In this document: positions 63,436 to 64,000 of the stretch, piece after piece
How the letters are laid out: each line of letters starts with the position of its first letter
Position numbering within the stretch: the stretch's first letter is position 1
NCBI GenBank assembly: GCA_965203485.1
Contig: OZ241892.1
Location: forward strand, 1,760,001 to 1,824,000
Direction of reading: 5' to 3'
DNA length: 64,000 nt
From: Longimicrobiales bacterium
GTDB lineage: Bacteria > Gemmatimonadota > Gemmatimonadetes > Longimicrobiales > Gaopeijiaceae
The notes under the pieces: generated by a model
The model's database searches: none
The model's input: the letters and a program-made list of their open reading frames with translations, nothing else
What the model was told of the DNA's origin: nothing
Translations under genes and position numbers: made by a program

Positions 63436-64000
63436 ATGGCGACGCTGCGCCGGGTAGACGGGTCGCTGTCTGTTCCTGCCGAACTCCCGGTCATCGCGTT
63501 GCGGGACTTGGTGTACTTCCCGTACATGGTGTTGCCGCTTCTCATCGGACGCCCTCGGTCGGTCGCCGCGCTGAGCCTCGCCGAGGAAGGCGACGGCTTG
63601 GCGCTGGTGGCGGCCCAGAAGGACTCGGAGGTGGCCGACCCCGGCGAAGAGGACATCTACCGGTCGGGAACCGTGGTGCGCGTCCTGCAGACGTCGCGCT
63701 TGGCGGACGGAACCGCGCGCGTGGTGCTGGAGGGCCTGGGCCGCGCCCGCATCGAAGCCTATGTGCGCGGCGGAGAAGGACTGCGCGCCGCAGTGGCGCT
63801 GCTCTCGGAGTGGGAGCAGGAGCGGGGCGAGGCGGCGGGGCCGGGCGAGCTGACGATCGAGTCGCCCGGCGTGCAGGAAGTGAAGAAGCTGTTCGCCGAG
63901 TACGCGCGGCTCGCGGAGCAAGTCCCCACGGAGGTCGGCGGAATGGCCGCCGAAGTCGCGGACTGCGTGCAGCTGGGACACGTGATCGCCGGGCATCTGC
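63436..64000 (+). CDS. lon: Lon protease, N-terminal part (runs off the window end)
   Basis: ATG 63436: MATLRRVDGSLSVPAELPVIALRDLVYFPYMVLPLLIGRPRS..AQKD..GTVVRVLQ..RVVLEGLGRARI. Confidence 0.9.
   Translation, partial: MATLRRVDGSLSVPAELPVIALRDLVYFPYMVLPLLIGRPRSVAALSLAEEGDGLALVAAQKDSEVADPGEEDIYRSGTVVRVLQTSRLADGTARVVLEGLGRARIEAYVRGGEGLRAAVALLSEWEQERGEAAGPGELTIESPGVQEVKKLFAEYARLAEQVPTEVGGMAAEVADCVQLGHVIAGHL

Overview
High-GC (roughly 70%) bacterial chromosomal segment. The gene content (SusC/SusD pair, VPS10/BNR and other beta-propeller lipoproteins, stand-alone FlgD/CTD-like protein) suggests Gemmatimonadota; this is an inference. The backbone is housekeeping: Mla ABC system, lspA, tmRNA, dusB, selB, recO, metK, pilD, thiD, PNP/nupC, dnaK, degP, tRNA-Leu, tig-clpP-clpX-lon. 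Three defence inserts interrupt it: (i) McrBC with an Mrr_N-fused McrB, near a 5'-truncated OLD-like ATPase/TOPRIM remnant; (ii) a Menshen-like DUF262 / ATPase-DUF3696 / effector trio; (iii) a Type II R-M system (beta-class SPPY methyltransferase plus NotI-family endonuclease). Both R-M genes are interrupted by separate, apparently identical 1346-bp IS3-family copies in inverted orientation, each with its own 3-bp target duplication. The clearest non-coding signal is upstream of dnaK: three 17-bp palindromes (CCTGCCA-AAA-TGGCAGG) exactly 42 bp apart, followed by a sigma54 -24/-12 element. This points to enhancer-controlled, sigma54-dependent chaperone expression. A shared ECF-type promoter motif precedes degP and a gluzincin-PD40-Omp85 fusion gene. 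All family calls come from motif recognition only; no database searches were run.
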